A stretch of DNA of 64,000 bases from an uncultured virus (IMG/VR IMGVR_UViG_3300043442_000948) (IMGVR_UViG_3300043442_000948), one strand, 5' to 3'; shown: positions 17,074 through 27,797, counted from the first letter of the stretch. Notes: a model not told the origin generated them from the letters alone. Numbers and translations: made by a program.

Positions 17074-18870
17074 TCAACCGTGACAAGCAAGGCACTCTTC
17101 AGCACCACCTTCCTTTAGCTTACCAATACTTGCCTGAGTTCGGCTAGGTAAATCAGCTTGGCTAGCGGATTCACTGCGGCAGTAGTAGAGGGTCTTTAGA
17201 CCTTTCTTCCAGGCTTGGTAATGGACGCGGGTGTAATAGGTTTCATCTACATCCTTGGTAAAGAATAGATTGACGGACTGGGCCTGCCCTTGCCGATGCT
17301 TGTCCATTAGTTTCTGCCGGTCAGCCGCCTGGTTGATAATCTCCATTTGGTTGATTTCTCGGGCAGTTAAGAAGACTTCTTTCTCTTCGTCAGTTAGGAA
17401 GTCCAAGTGTTGAACGCTGCCTTTAGCGGCGACGATAGTATCCCAAACCTCTGGGGTGTCTTTGCCGCGGTTAGCCAGCAGCTGCTTGAAGATAGGGTTG
17501 TAGTAGAGAATGACTCCCTTAGCACCCCGCTTCTCAAAGCAGTTAGCTGCTAGCGGCTCGATGCCTGCGGAGACATGACCACAGATTAGAGAGTTAGATA
17601 CCGTAGGCGCGCAGGTTAACGTATGGGTATGACGTAACCCTGTGCCTTTACACCACTCTGGCTCACCGTAGATTTTTGCCAAGTCTTTGCTGGCTAGGTT
17701 AGTTTCATCAGCAAGTTTGTTAAAGATGACTTTATTTAGCAGCCGGGCTTGGTAGGACTCGAAGGGAATCATCTTTTGCTGCAGTAGGGTATGATAACCC
17801 AACACTCCTAGACCTAGCATCCGACTCTTCTCTGCAAAGCGAACCGCATTCTCGAAGCCAACCATTCGGCTAGCCTTATCAATATACTCTTGAATAACGC
17901 CTTCCAAGAACCAGATGGCGTAGTAGATAGCCTTGGTATCTTTCCACTCTTCCCAACGGGCTAGATTCATGGAAGACAAGCAGCAAACAAAGGTGTGTTG
18001 TGGATCTGTGTACCCAGTTATCTCGGAGCACAAATTACTTAATACTATGGTAAGATTATTGTTTAAGTAACCAAGCGGAAGGATATCAGGGTTGTTGACG
18101 TTGTCTGTAAAGAATAGATAAGGTTCGCCCGTTTCCTTCCGTGTTTTTAGAATCTCTGTAAAGAGTTCTTTCGCTTCTGGGTCGCCGCTCTCGATAGCGT
18201 GCATATCTTGGTTATCAATACATATAGCATGGTGGAGATTCATGCAGCGTTGGTTTTCATCCCCTTGGGGACGGCGCATGCGTAGGAACTCCCGGACGTC
18301 TTTGTGGCGGAAGGGTAGATACATTGCTGTAGCTCCACGTCGAGCCTGTCCTTGAGAAGTAGCAATGGTAGCTGAGTCAAAGACTTTACACCAAGGGATA
18401 ACGCCTTCGGAGTAACCACCACCTGAGATAAGTTCACCCCGCCCTCGGACGTCCCCAATATAAACTCCTACGCCTGCTCCTTTACTGGACAGATGGGAGA
18501 GTTCCTTCACTGAACTGAAGATGCCGTGGAGAGAGTCTTCCACAAACAAGGAGTTACAGCTAATTGGTAAACCTCGGTCGGTACCCATATTGCTCAACAC
18601 AGGTGTAGCTGGGCCTAGCCAGCCGTGCCACATCATTGAAAAGAAGACGGGGGCTAGCTCGGGTTTGCTGAGTCTGGCTGCCACGGCGTTGGCTACACGC
18701 TTATACATATCCCAAGGGGTTTCCCCCTCTAGTAGATACCCGTGTTTAAGAGTGTGTAGACCCTCTGGAGTCATCCAATAAGGCTGCTCGTTGACGGGCT
18801 TGTGACGAATGAGTGGGATACCGTGAACTTCTTGAGTGGCGGTGGCAAAGGGGATAGGAAAGATGAACAT
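17074..18870 (-). CDS. nrdA: Class I ribonucleotide reductase alpha subunit, no ATP cone
   Basis: PATPVLSN, ISC, SNLCSEI, LGLGVLG, APTVS, KTLYY and C-terminal CLAC. Confidence 0.95.
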   Translation of the reverse strand: MFIFPIPFATATQEVHGIPLIRHKPVNEQPYWMTPEGLHTLKHGYLLEGETPWDMYKRVANAVAARLSKPELAPVFFSMMWHGWLGPATPVLSNMGTDRGLPISCNSLFVEDSLHGIFSSVKELSHLSSKGAGVGVYIGDVRGRGELISGGGYSEGVIPWCKVFDSATIATSQGQARRGATAMYLPFRHKDVREFLRMRRPQGDENQRCMNLHHAICIDNQDMHAIESGDPEAKELFTEILKTRKETGEPYLFFTDNVNNPDILPLGYLNNNLTIVLSNLCSEITGYTDPQHTFVCCLSSMNLARWEEWKDTKAIYYAIWFLEGVIQEYIDKASRMVGFENAVRFAEKSRMLGLGVLGYHTLLQQKMIPFESYQARLLNKVIFNKLADETNLASKDLAKIYGEPEWCKGTGLRHTHTLTCAPTVSNSLICGHVSAGIEPLAANCFEKRGAKGVILYYNPIFKQLLANRGKDTPEVWDTIVAAKGSVQHLDFLTDEEKEVFLTAREINQMEIINQAADRQKLMDKHRQGQAQSVNLFFTKDVDETYYTRVHYQAWKKGLKTLYYCRSESASQADLPSRTQASIGKLKEGGAEECLACHG

Positions 18871-18925
18871 ATCTTATTCCTGATTAAAACTAAGGTGGAT
18901 AAATTTAAGGAGTGCAGCGTAGAAA

Positions 18926-19909
18926 TTAAACTTCAGCCAAGACGGCGTTCCAGTTGATTAGGTCAGGGTTGAAGTTACCTTTGGCATAGTTAGTGACGCG
19001 GGCGGCGAAGAAGTCAGTGGATTGCTCACCCGCGGTCATTAGATAGAACCAGTCAGCTACACTACGGACGACTTGGTCATCGACTTCATACAGAGCGCTT
19101 AGACCTAAGTCAGATAGCTTCAAGTTGGCGCGGTGCTTAATGAACTCTTTGACTTGCTTAGCGTTCAACCCTTCCATCTTATGCTGGTTGAATACCATGT
19201 CGATGAAGTTGAACTCTAGCTCTACGGTTAGCTTAGCAGCTTCGATAATCTGGTCGTAGAGGTCAGTCTCTTTAGCTAGGTAAGGGTACTCTTCGATTAA
19301 AGTACGGAACAGCCAGCAGCCAGCTTCAGAGTGGATGCTCTCATCCTTTATACTGTAGGTAATAATTTCCCCTACCCCTTTAAGTAAGTTACGAGTAGAG
19401 AAGTGTAGCAAAATGGCAAAACTACTATAGAGACTTACCCCTTCGCCGAAGCCAGAATAGACAGCTATGGACAACGCTTTATCGTACATAGTGTCTCTCT
19501 TACGGTGGATAAGGTTATCTATCTTAGCCGCGGCGGTTGGCTCTTGTAAGAAGGCGTCGTATTCTTCCAACCCTAACGTTTCGTTAAGATAGTTATAAGC
19601 CTTAATATGAATAGATTCCATCGCTGCGAAGGTATTCGCCATCATACCTACTTCGGGTTTAGGGAACCAGACACCAACTTTCTGTGCCCAGTAATTGCCG
19701 ATGTAGATTTCAACCTGAGTAAAACCTAGCAATACTCCAGCGATAATTTTCTTTTCTTCTTCGGTTAACTTGTGCTCCCAGTCATCTACACAACTGGCCA
19801 TAGCCACGTCTAGGTGCAACCAGTGAGATTGTTGCTGCTTCAACCAATAATCGTAGGCGGCATCGTATTCAAAGGGCTGATACGCCCGTCGTTCTTCTAC
19901 CAATGTCAT
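18926..19909 (-). CDS. nrdB: Class I ribonucleotide reductase beta subunit
   Basis: ESIH..AY, EGVSLYSSF, DESIH, DFFA.RV.NY; start at MTLVEE. Confidence 0.95.
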   Translation of the reverse strand: MTLVEERRAYQPFEYDAAYDYWLKQQQSHWLHLDVAMASCVDDWEHKLTEEEKKIIAGVLLGFTQVEIYIGNYWAQKVGVWFPKPEVGMMANTFAAMESIHIKAYNYLNETLGLEEYDAFLQEPTAAAKIDNLIHRKRDTMYDKALSIAVYSGFGEGVSLYSSFAILLHFSTRNLLKGVGEIITYSIKDESIHSEAGCWLFRTLIEEYPYLAKETDLYDQIIEAAKLTVELEFNFIDMVFNQHKMEGLNAKQVKEFIKHRANLKLSDLGLSALYEVDDQVVRSVADWFYLMTAGEQSTDFFAARVTNYAKGNFNPDLINWNAVLAEV

Positions 19910-20023
19910 ACTTAATGACCTTCCTTTTTTTCCAGGTTTTATAACAGTAGCTTGTTTTTTAAGTAACCACCACTGTCGAAACAACTTTTTTTCTGGGCTA
20001 TAATCTCTTGTTTTTACGCACAA

Positions 20024-20060
20024 AACCTTGGTCGCACGAACTGTTCGTGCGACCAGGGTT
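20024..20060. promoter_or_regulatory. 37-bp near-perfect palindrome upstream of nrdB
   Basis: AACCTTGGTCGCACGAAC-T-GTTCGTGCGACCAGGGTT, one mismatch. Confidence 0.65.
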
Positions 20061-20075
20061 CTACTATAAAGTATG

Positions 20076-20801
20076 TTACCTTCTTAGGGCCAAGCCGTCC
20101 GGTTGCAGCATTCGGCCTAAACCCACTTCCTCAAAGCGCTGCGCGATTAATGCCCGCTTTTCTGGAATTACATCTATTAGAATCTCTTTATTTATTTGTA
20201 TAATCTGTTGGATTTGTTGCTGGGCTGTGCGTTTATTCTGGAACTTTTCAATAATTGCTGACAATTGCCGCAGCTCGGAAATATACTTAACGTGGTGTTC
20301 AGGGTCGTGCTCTAGTTTAGCTAACATTCGGTAGATTGTGGCGCCGATGTCTTCCCAAGTTCGCTCGAAGTCCATGATGCTACTCGAACGGACTTTTGAC
20401 TGCTCCAGTGCGTTGCTTTTATCGTAAAGCTTGCAGAAGGCACTAACAGTACTGGCGCTTATCTGAAAGCGCTTGGCGATGTCTTGGTAAGACATCTTTG
20501 CTTCTGACCGTAGCCGGATAATCTCCGAGCCAATACCGAGCTTTTCAATCTTGTTGCCACCTAGGCTTGTAACGTTTTTGTTGTCTTTGATGAACTCAAG
20601 AACTTCTTCGTCTTGTTCGTTGAGTACTTTTAACAAAGCTTCCGCCCGGGCGCAGAGCATTGCTACTTCGGCCTTGTGCTGTAGCGAAACAACTTCTTCT
20701 AGCTCTTTAAGATGCTCGTAGATTATTTCTACCTGTTCGATAATGGCAAGTGCGCTGTTGGCCTTATCAAGTTGGTCTTTGTTGACTTCGTAGCTGTACA
20801 T
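20076..20801 (-). CDS. Coiled-coil protein with helix-turn-helix
   Basis: MSYQDIAKRFQISASTVSAF HTH pattern. Confidence 0.7.
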   Translation of the reverse strand: MYSYEVNKDQLDKANSALAIIEQVEIIYEHLKELEEVVSLQHKAEVAMLCARAEALLKVLNEQDEEVLEFIKDNKNVTSLGGNKIEKLGIGSEIIRLRSEAKMSYQDIAKRFQISASTVSAFCKLYDKSNALEQSKVRSSSIMDFERTWEDIGATIYRMLAKLEHDPEHHVKYISELRQLSAIIEKFQNKRTAQQQIQQIIQINKEILIDVIPEKRALIAQRFEEVGLGRMLQPDGLALRR

Positions 20802-20807
20802 GGTTGG

Positions 20808-21389
20808 TTATGGCTGAGCTGACTCTAGGTCTTGGATGCGGGATTCTAGTTGTATCAGGGTATTCTGAATAGTGTTTAGGTTACCTGTGTTAGAGCTTGT
20901 ATTAGATTGTATACTGCTTAAGCTATTGGTAACGTTGTTAACTAACCCTTGCACCGATTGTAAACCCTGTTGAAGACTGTTGATACTGTTTTGGTTGTTA
21001 GTAACTTCAGTTTCTAGGCTATTAATTTGTTGTGCTAGGTCTACCAACAACCCGTCTAGCCGGCTTAGCTCGTTGTCATGATAGTGGAGGACTTCCCAGA
21101 TTTCATAAATTTCATATTTAAAGACAGTAATAGCTAAGTTCAAACGGTCTCTGTTTTCCTGAACAGCCCTAGCAATAACTCCTAGAACTCCTTCTAGTTC
21201 TTTGCTGTTGCTGATAAGTCTGTTGAATAGTTCACCAACATCTAAGGCTTCCCGGCTGTCGATTGAGCTGTAGTGCTCACCTAAACGACTAACACTTTGT
21301 TCGTTTAGGGCCTTGGCTGTGTTGGTAGCCCCGCTGAAATCAACGGGGGGCAGTGGGTCTAATTCATGCAGTCTACTATAGTGGGACAT
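20808..21389 (-). CDS. Coiled-coil hypothetical protein
   Basis: N/Q/S-rich heptad repeats. Confidence 0.7.
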   Translation of the reverse strand: MSHYSRLHELDPLPPVDFSGATNTAKALNEQSVSRLGEHYSSIDSREALDVGELFNRLISNSKELEGVLGVIARAVQENRDRLNLAITVFKYEIYEIWEVLHYHDNELSRLDGLLVDLAQQINSLETEVTNNQNSINSLQQGLQSVQGLVNNVTNSLSSIQSNTSSNTGNLNTIQNTLIQLESRIQDLESAQP

Positions 21390-22092
21390 CTAACTCTTCT
21401 TTGTTTAGCAGTATCTTAAGGTTGCTAGGATGTAGCTCAGGGTGGGTGATAATAAATAAAATTGAATCAACTCCTCTTTCCCATCTTAGCTTTAAAGCAC
21501 CTGGTGATAAGTTAAAGTACTTTGCTATCTTCATCCGGGCGCTGATTGATACCCACAGCGCCCACAGGACAACGTATAGATTATCTGAACAAAGCCTTTG
21601 GTAGATAGTGACTGCTTTCATCACTTCGCTGTAACTATAAACAGTCTTGCTGATAGGGTGTTCCCAGTTCTGGTTGTAAGGGAACTCCTGTTGTAGGTAT
21701 TTAAGGAAAGAGAGCCTGACTACGTTTGATTGCGTGTTTGACAGCGGGGCATTTTTAATAGGCAGCTCTTTCTTGAGCTTGTTAAACTTTCGTAGGATGG
21801 CGTTTTGAACTCTGTTCTGAACGTCGCTCGTAATAAGTTTTTTTCCGGTGGTGCGGGATACATCGTCTAAGTATTTGTACAACTCGTCGCTAGCAGTGAA
21901 CTTTATGCGCCGCCGCTTGTCATTTAGAGACAGGCTAAAAGTTCCTAGCCCTCTAAGTGTTAAATGCCCGGTGTCACTTAGGGTCAATAGGATGTATTCT
22001 CTTAGCGCCCAAACAATCCGTTTAGCTAGTTCAGTATTGATTCCTAGGCGCTCTTCTAAATAAGCCGGTAGGGATTGTCTCTGCTCAGTCAT
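21376..22092 (-). CDS. Protein with N-terminal HU/IHF-like DNA-binding domain
   Basis: L...G.LTLRGLGTFS...RIKFTASDEL. Confidence 0.65.
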   Translation of the reverse strand: MTEQRQSLPAYLEERLGINTELAKRIVWALREYILLTLSDTGHLTLRGLGTFSLSLNDKRRRIKFTASDELYKYLDDVSRTTGKKLITSDVQNRVQNAILRKFNKLKKELPIKNAPLSNTQSNVVRLSFLKYLQQEFPYNQNWEHPISKTVYSYSEVMKAVTIYQRLCSDNLYVVLWALWVSISARMKIAKYFNLSPGALKLRWERGVDSILFIITHPELHPSNLKILLNKEELDVPL

Positions 22093-23224
22093 CTAGACAC
22101 AGATAGTCAGCGACTTCGGTTTTTATATAATCTACGTACCGGGGATGGCACAGCGTTATGTAAGGGCACACCTGTTTAACAGCTTTGGTTTTCCAGTCTT
22201 TTTTTATACAAGGGGAGTTAAAGTCAGTTGGTTGGTGCTTTGTGAACGAATCTGTGTCTGTGCTTTGGTTAATTGCTTGCTGTACAGTTTGGAAGTGCTC
22301 AACGTTAGCTTGAACAACGGCGGGGTCTGTTTTAGCAATCACCATGTCTCCAGAAGGAAGGTGGTTGATGGCTAGGTAATCCGGCCATTCCCCGGTGGCT
22401 TCGTATTCTAGGTAAGCATAGAGATTGAGTTGGGGGTGGAACGCGACGTCTAACCCTTCCGGTTTGCTAGAGCTAGTCTTATGGTCGCTAATAACCTTAG
22501 CGCCTTCGGTTGTGGTGTATTTAAGGTCAACGAACCAAGCCCACTCCCGCTTGCCATCGTCCCAAGGAATCTTTTCGTCGGAGGTGTATTCAATCCCGGT
22601 GACGTCCTTAACCCAGTCCGGCAGCTCAAAGTTGTAGAAGCACATGATTCCCTGGGCGGCGGTGTCTGCTAGGCTGATGCGACGGAACTGGTTACTTAAC
22701 AAAGCCGCGCTATTGTCGATTAGCATTTTTAAGTCACCTAGACCGTAGGCTTTATAGGCACTGCTTAATTCATTCGGTGGGTAGTTAACAGGGTCTTTAG
22801 GAATAGAACCATCCCGGTTTCTAATTGCGTCTGCCTCTTTGTAAATTGCTGAGCACCGGTGCAGTAGTTTGGCATATAAGGTGACGTACCGTATGACGCT
22901 ATTAGTATCAATTCCTATTCGCCGCTCCAACTCATCAAAGTCTCTAGCAACTGGCAGCAGACAGTTTTCCTTTATCCACAGCGGAACCACCGTTTCAACA
23001 ATAGTCTGGCGCTGGGCTCCTTTTAAAAACTCTTCTATGCAGCGGTGGGCTAAAGTTCCCTTTAAAAAGTAATCTTCAAGCGGGATATGGATACCTTCTG
23101 GTTTAACAATGTAACGGTACTTGTATTTAGTCTGGCACTCCTGATAACAGCTTAGTCTCGTATAAGATATTGTCGGTTTTGTTTCGGTTGGAGAGATATT
23201 CGTGGAGTCTTTCAAGGTAGACAT
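22085..23224 (-). CDS. PD-(D/E)XK exonuclease (RecB/Cas4-like)
   Basis: SYTRL..Y..C, GTLAH..IE, VDL, DHKT, QL.LYA, C-terminal C...CPY...C. Confidence 0.85.
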   Translation of the reverse strand: MSTLKDSTNISPTETKPTISYTRLSCYQECQTKYKYRYIVKPEGIHIPLEDYFLKGTLAHRCIEEFLKGAQRQTIVETVVPLWIKENCLLPVARDFDELERRIGIDTNSVIRYVTLYAKLLHRCSAIYKEADAIRNRDGSIPKDPVNYPPNELSSAYKAYGLGDLKMLIDNSAALLSNQFRRISLADTAAQGIMCFYNFELPDWVKDVTGIEYTSDEKIPWDDGKREWAWFVDLKYTTTEGAKVISDHKTSSSKPEGLDVAFHPQLNLYAYLEYEATGEWPDYLAINHLPSGDMVIAKTDPAVVQANVEHFQTVQQAINQSTDTDSFTKHQPTDFNSPCIKKDWKTKAVKQVCPYITLCHPRYVDYIKTEVADYLCLDD

Positions 23225-23744
23225 TTGCAGTGTATCGTACTAGGGGAATCTTAGCTACTGAATTAGCTTCTTTTAGTATACCATTTTTGACTAAGCCCCC
23301 CAGCAAGATGCCCACAGCATCTAGTTCATGGTCAGTTATAAAATTGGGAATCTCTACTCCTAACGACTTTAACCAGACGTGAACGTGCTCTTTTGTACCA
23401 TCAATTCCTAGTTTCCTAGGCCAGCTGTCTTTAAGATTTTTATTGGAGCTAAGTGACTCAAAAGGGTACTTATTTCTGTACAGGTAGTTATGAATGGTTG
23501 CTTCAACTTTCAGTAGAACCGAAAAAGCCTTGAGCCGCGCGGACGGGGTGAAGACACTCTCTGTAAAGACCTTAGCCGGCTCTACCATACAGCACTGATG
23601 TAGAAAGTCTTCCAGTAGGAATAGTTTCTCCTGCATTGGTAGTCTTTCTTTAGTCCTAAAGTCCGTACATAAAATAATGCTTCCGTCTGTTAGGGCCACT
23701 CCCGTATGGCTAGAAGACTGGTCAAGTCCTAGATACCAATTCAT
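23127..23744 (-). CDS. RuvC-like Holliday junction resolvase
   Basis: LGLDQSSSHTG.A, ES, DHELDAVGI. Confidence 0.75.
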   Translation of the reverse strand: MNWYLGLDQSSSHTGVALTDGSIILCTDFRTKERLPMQEKLFLLEDFLHQCCMVEPAKVFTESVFTPSARLKAFSVLLKVEATIHNYLYRNKYPFESLSSNKNLKDSWPRKLGIDGTKEHVHVWLKSLGVEIPNFITDHELDAVGILLGGLVKNGILKEANSVAKIPLVRYTANVYLERLHEYLSNRNKTDNILYETKLLSGVPD

Positions 23745-24108
23745 TCAAACTCCTGCCGCTTTTTTTAACTTGGTCTAAGAAGTATCGTCTTAGGTTTATA
23801 TACTTCTGTAGCTTATCATAGGTTTCTTTAGAGCCTGTCGTCGGGCGTCTGTGGATAAAAGCGAGTATCCATTCGCAATGACACATAACCACCTCACGGA
23901 ACTCTGCTGTATCTAGAAGATCTTTACAGGCCACTAAGTACAGACTGTTTAGAGCTACGCAGTTAAAGACAAAAGGCATAAAGTCATAGTTTGCTGGGTC
24001 TATCGCTGCTCTGGAGCGGCATAGCTCCATGTTTTGAACATCGATTCGCAGTAAGTCGTTAAGCTTCTTCTGGTCTTGGAGCTTTTCCATTAGTTGTTGT
24101 TTAAGCAT
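23722..24108 (-). CDS. Hypothetical protein
   Basis: ORF tiling. Confidence 0.6.
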   Translation of the reverse strand: MLKQQLMEKLQDQKKLNDLLRIDVQNMELCRSRAAIDPANYDFMPFVFNCVALNSLYLVACKDLLDTAEFREVVMCHCEWILAFIHRRPTTGSKETYDKLQKYINLRRYFLDQVKKSGRSLNELVSRT

Positions 24109-24902
24109 TTATACTCCTTCGGTTTGGGTAAGGTAGATAAGAACTCCGGCTGCCCTTCGCTAAGTCTTGAGTACTCCTCCAACTGCGCGGTAGTTAAAGA
24201 GTCTTTCAGGTCTTTGCTGAAGTAGGTCTTCCACCAGTCCGGGGTCTTTTGTAAATAGTCGTGACAGAGGGCCTTGGGGTTTAGATTTCTTAGCTCTGTC
24301 AAAACTATTCTAGGAATCTCCTGTAGGCTTTCAATAATAAAGAAGTCTTGGTTGACATCTTTGGAAAGCAGCGTTTCGATACTGTCTAAAGAGAGTTTAC
24401 CTAAATCACTAGCGATGTTGTAGCCGCGCAGGATTTTACTGTAGTGTCCTTCCAGCAAGGACTGTCTTTTTAAGTAACTGATGGCTCTAAGCAAGAACCG
24501 ACTTGGGTGTTCTGGGTTAACGACGCACCGTAGTTCCTTAGCTGCTGGGATATTGGCGGACGTTAGAGTAACCAATGGGTCTTGTAGTTTCTGCTCGAAT
24601 AGAAGCCGGCTGGCTCCATGATTAACTTTCCGCCGGCAGAGTTCGTTGTAGTTAGTTTTGTTTACTTCATGTGGGTAAATGATATAGTCTAAACAAGTTA
24701 ATCCTTCTATCTCTTCTTCTGCTTTTTTTACATAGCGTCTTGCTAAGTCCAAGTCTTTGACACTATTAAGAAAGTTATATTCAAGGCTACTGCAGTCCGG
24801 GATGTAGGCGACTACCACGAATAGCGCGCCGGCGTAGAAGCTTTGTAGACGGGGAGCGTAAGCGTATATCAAAACAACTCCTTCACATAGTCTGACCAAC
24901 AA
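24090..24902 (-). CDS. Hypothetical protein
   Basis: 270 aa ORF in the replication operon. Confidence 0.65.
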   Translation of the reverse strand: MLVRLCEGVVLIYAYAPRLQSFYAGALFVVVAYIPDCSSLEYNFLNSVKDLDLARRYVKKAEEEIEGLTCLDYIIYPHEVNKTNYNELCRRKVNHGASRLLFEQKLQDPLVTLTSANIPAAKELRCVVNPEHPSRFLLRAISYLKRQSLLEGHYSKILRGYNIASDLGKLSLDSIETLLSKDVNQDFFIIESLQEIPRIVLTELRNLNPKALCHDYLQKTPDWWKTYFSKDLKDSLTTAQLEEYSRLSEGQPEFLSTLPKPKEYKCLNNN

Positions 24903-26080
24903 GCGTAGCGCTTTTCAACGTAGTCCCGTAGGCATAGCTTGAGTTCGTCGCTTTGTTTAGCTAACCGCCACAACGATTCGTGGTATTTAGGTCGTTGTTT
25001 GTATAACTCAAAAGCAAACTCACCTAATGGCACAGCGTTGTTGGCTAGAAACCGCTTGAACTCAGCTCTGTTGTAATCAATAATCTTAAGGTAATCATTG
25101 ATGTCCTTAACACCTGACCAGTCTGGCACCATACAACAGAAGATAGGAATGTTCAGGTCTAGTGCTAACTCTATTAACGCAGGTGTCATCCCTGACCAGC
25201 TCTTGTACTCACCAGCTCTTTCGGTTCCTAAAGGATACTTGTCACGGTCAAAGACCGCCACTAGATGACTGATGTGCTTAAGGGCCCAAGCATGCTGAAC
25301 AAGCGGACTGTTAACACCAAAGCACCCTACCGCTGGCTCTCCTAGTTGTAGCAGTGCTAGACAATCAGTGACACCCTCAGTCAAAATGACGTAGTCATGC
25401 TTTCTTTGGTGGTAGATTTCTTCCAGGTTGTATAAATAGTGATTGATACTTGGCTTGCTTTGGCTGTGTAACCACCGTCGTTCTACGTTATTATCTACCG
25501 CTCTGGCGGTAAAGTGTACAACACGCCCGCTGGCGTTTTTAATAGGAAAGACTATCCGGTTAGCAAAAGCACACTCTTCGTGGCTCTTAAACGAGTCATA
25601 CCACAGGGAGTGCTTTACTAGAAGTTGCTTTAGTCGGTAGTCGGGTTCTACGTTGGCAGGGCAGTAACCTACTTGGCTGAGTGTTTGGAGGTCAGAAAAA
25701 CCACGGCTAGCGGCAAATTGTTCGATGATAGATGGGTTTAACTTAGCTTGGTCTAGGAAGTAGGAATGAATCTCTTCTAGTTCGTTAAGAGACTGTCGGT
25801 ACACAGTCGTTGCTACTTCGGTAGACCCGCCGATTTCTTTGATAGCTGCGTAGGCTTCTTTGTAGTTTTTGGAAATTCCAGCGTCAACTAGAAGATTCAT
25901 GATGTCGCCGCGGCGCCCACATTTGTAGCAGATGTAGTAGGTATTCCGAGTCACTTTAAAGGCGCTGTGGCTATGGCAGAATGGGCAAGGCTCTCGTCCA
26001 TCGCCTTTGGTTATGGCAATGTCGAAAGCACTTGCTACATCAGTCAGGCTTACTGTCGCTTTTAGCGCTTGAATGTCCAT
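24869..26080 (-). CDS. DnaG-type DNA primase (CHC2 zinc finger plus TOPRIM)
   Basis: CPFCH...CYKCG..GD, RIVFPI...GRVV.F.AR, TEGVTD, FDRD, KDIND. Confidence 0.9.
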   Translation of the reverse strand: MDIQALKATVSLTDVASAFDIAITKGDGREPCPFCHSHSAFKVTRNTYYICYKCGRRGDIMNLLVDAGISKNYKEAYAAIKEIGGSTEVATTVYRQSLNELEEIHSYFLDQAKLNPSIIEQFAASRGFSDLQTLSQVGYCPANVEPDYRLKQLLVKHSLWYDSFKSHEECAFANRIVFPIKNASGRVVHFTARAVDNNVERRWLHSQSKPSINHYLYNLEEIYHQRKHDYVILTEGVTDCLALLQLGEPAVGCFGVNSPLVQHAWALKHISHLVAVFDRDKYPLGTERAGEYKSWSGMTPALIELALDLNIPIFCCMVPDWSGVKDINDYLKIIDYNRAEFKRFLANNAVPLGEFAFELYKQRPKYHESLWRLAKQSDELKLCLRDYVEKRYACWSDYVKELF

Positions 26081-26270
26081 CTAGCACGTCCTCCAAGTAG
26101 TCGCCTACTTCGTTTAAGTTACTTAAGTCGTCGTTTAAGTTGACTTCTATATATCCTAGTAGTGCTAGCTGCTCCAGTGTTAGCTTAATCATTGCATAGT
26201 CGTCGATTGTAACTAACTCTAATGCCTTAGGCACGAAGTTTAAATTACTGTCCGTTGTCGAAGTAGTCAT
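26040..26270 (-). CDS. Small acidic hypothetical protein
   Basis: ORF tiling. Confidence 0.5.
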   Translation of the reverse strand: MTTSTTDSNLNFVPKALELVTIDDYAMIKLTLEQLALLGYIEVNLNDDLSNLNEVGDYLEDVLDGHSSAKSDSKPD

Positions 26271-27744
26271 AGATTTCCTCCAAAGTAGCGACTTGGGCTG
26301 AATCTGGGTAGCGACTATTTAGAATCCGCATTCGCTTGCGCGAGTGGTTTTCCATGTAGTGTTCTTCAATATCATAGAAGTCTACGATGATAGAACGTTT
26401 CTTGACGCCGCTGTGGTCAATCCGAAGTACTCGTCCGTCCCGTTGAGTATTAATCCGCTCGTTCGACCGACCGGCGCAGTTGATAACTAACTCTAACTTC
26501 GGAAGGTCTTCGCCTTCGTTTAGAATACTGGAGGCTATTAAGGCATCCATATCCCCGGATCGGAAGGCATCGAGCACTTGCATACGCTTTTTACCTTTGG
26601 TAGAGCCATCGATAAAAGGAATCTCTAAGCCCCGTTTTTGTGCCAGCTCGTATAATAAGTTGCCGTGTTCAATACGGTCAATAATCATTAGCGCATTACC
26701 GCCGCGTCCTTTTGACCTTAGGAATCGACACAAGACGTCCATGATAAGTTTGTTACGCACGTCGTTGCGAACGATGGTTTCTAGATAAACTTCTTCTGGG
26801 TCTGGTTTACAGTTGGTTAGGTTAGGGTATGTTACTAACCGCCCTCGGAACTCATCGTTATAGATGTAGTGTCCTTTATAAAGCTTTTCATCGTGCCGGA
26901 CGTTAATAAAGAATGCTGTAGGGGCGTGGATAACGTTTAGCTCTACCATGACAGACTCAGGAATAATCAAAGTCTTTGGTCCAGCTACACCTTCTAACAC
27001 TAAGTCTGCTCCATCAGTACGCCACTGTGTCGCTGATAGTCCTACCCGGTAGGCAGTGTTAACACAAAAGTCGCTAATGATTTGGTAGCTGTTACTCGCG
27101 CCGTTATGGCTTTCGTCAATAACAAGAACTTGTTGAGCTTTGAGTTCATCAGCGAACTTACCCTTGGCATGCTTAGCTAACGAGTTGATAATGCCAACAG
27201 TAATACGCTGCCAATTACTCTTACCATCACCGACCTGCCCAATTTCTTCCTGGATTACTTTTTCTAAGGTTCTGCGGATGTTTGCTAGTAGGTTAAGACT
27301 AGGGACAGTGACTAGAATACGTTCTTTGGGAAACTGTTGAATAAAGAATGCAGCGGCATAGGACTTACCGCTCCCGGTGGGAGAGCTAATTAAGCACCTT
27401 CTATAATCCAAGGCGCTTTCGACGATGGCGCGCTGATGCCCGTAGGCCCATTCAGGTAGTTCTGAAGGAGTCGGCTTAACTATAGGGTAAAGACAGTTAT
27501 ACTTGTACTGAACTTGGTAGGTGTCCAGCAGTTGTATAACTCTAGGAATTAACCCAGTAGGGAAAGTATCTGTTGCTAAGTCGTAACAGCAACGTCTATC
27601 GTCTAACCATTCCATCCTTCGCTGTTTAATTAAATAACCCGTTGCTTTGTCCCTCCAGGTTAACTCTCCGCAGATGATATTTCTTAGCGCATCGTCTATC
27701 CCAATAATTTGGGTTCTGGCGGCGTCAAACTTAATTTCAAGCAT
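26245..27744 (-). CDS. SF2 DExH helicase (UvsW/RadD-like)
   Basis: PTGSGKS, DESH, LSAT, EGEDLP, QRDGRVLR. Confidence 0.9.
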   Translation of the reverse strand: MLEIKFDAARTQIIGIDDALRNIICGELTWRDKATGYLIKQRRMEWLDDRRCCYDLATDTFPTGLIPRVIQLLDTYQVQYKYNCLYPIVKPTPSELPEWAYGHQRAIVESALDYRRCLISSPTGSGKSYAAAFFIQQFPKERILVTVPSLNLLANIRRTLEKVIQEEIGQVGDGKSNWQRITVGIINSLAKHAKGKFADELKAQQVLVIDESHNGASNSYQIISDFCVNTAYRVGLSATQWRTDGADLVLEGVAGPKTLIIPESVMVELNVIHAPTAFFINVRHDEKLYKGHYIYNDEFRGRLVTYPNLTNCKPDPEEVYLETIVRNDVRNKLIMDVLCRFLRSKGRGGNALMIIDRIEHGNLLYELAQKRGLEIPFIDGSTKGKKRMQVLDAFRSGDMDALIASSILNEGEDLPKLELVINCAGRSNERINTQRDGRVLRIDHSGVKKRSIIVDFYDIEEHYMENHSRKRMRILNSRYPDSAQVATLEEIYDYFDNGQ

Positions 27745-27752
27745 ATAAAGAC

Positions 27753-27778
27753 AAAAAGCCAGGTCTTTCGACCCGGCT
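27753..27778 (-). terminator. Rho-independent terminator
   Basis: AGCCGGGTC-GAAA-GACCTGGCT-TTTT. Confidence 0.8.
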
Positions 27779-27797
27779 ACTTACTTAACGACTAGGC

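Noticed and set aside
22085..23224. Cas4 implying a CRISPR system
   Set aside because: No repeat-spacer array or other cas genes; solo PD-(D/E)XK nucleases are routine in phage replication blocks
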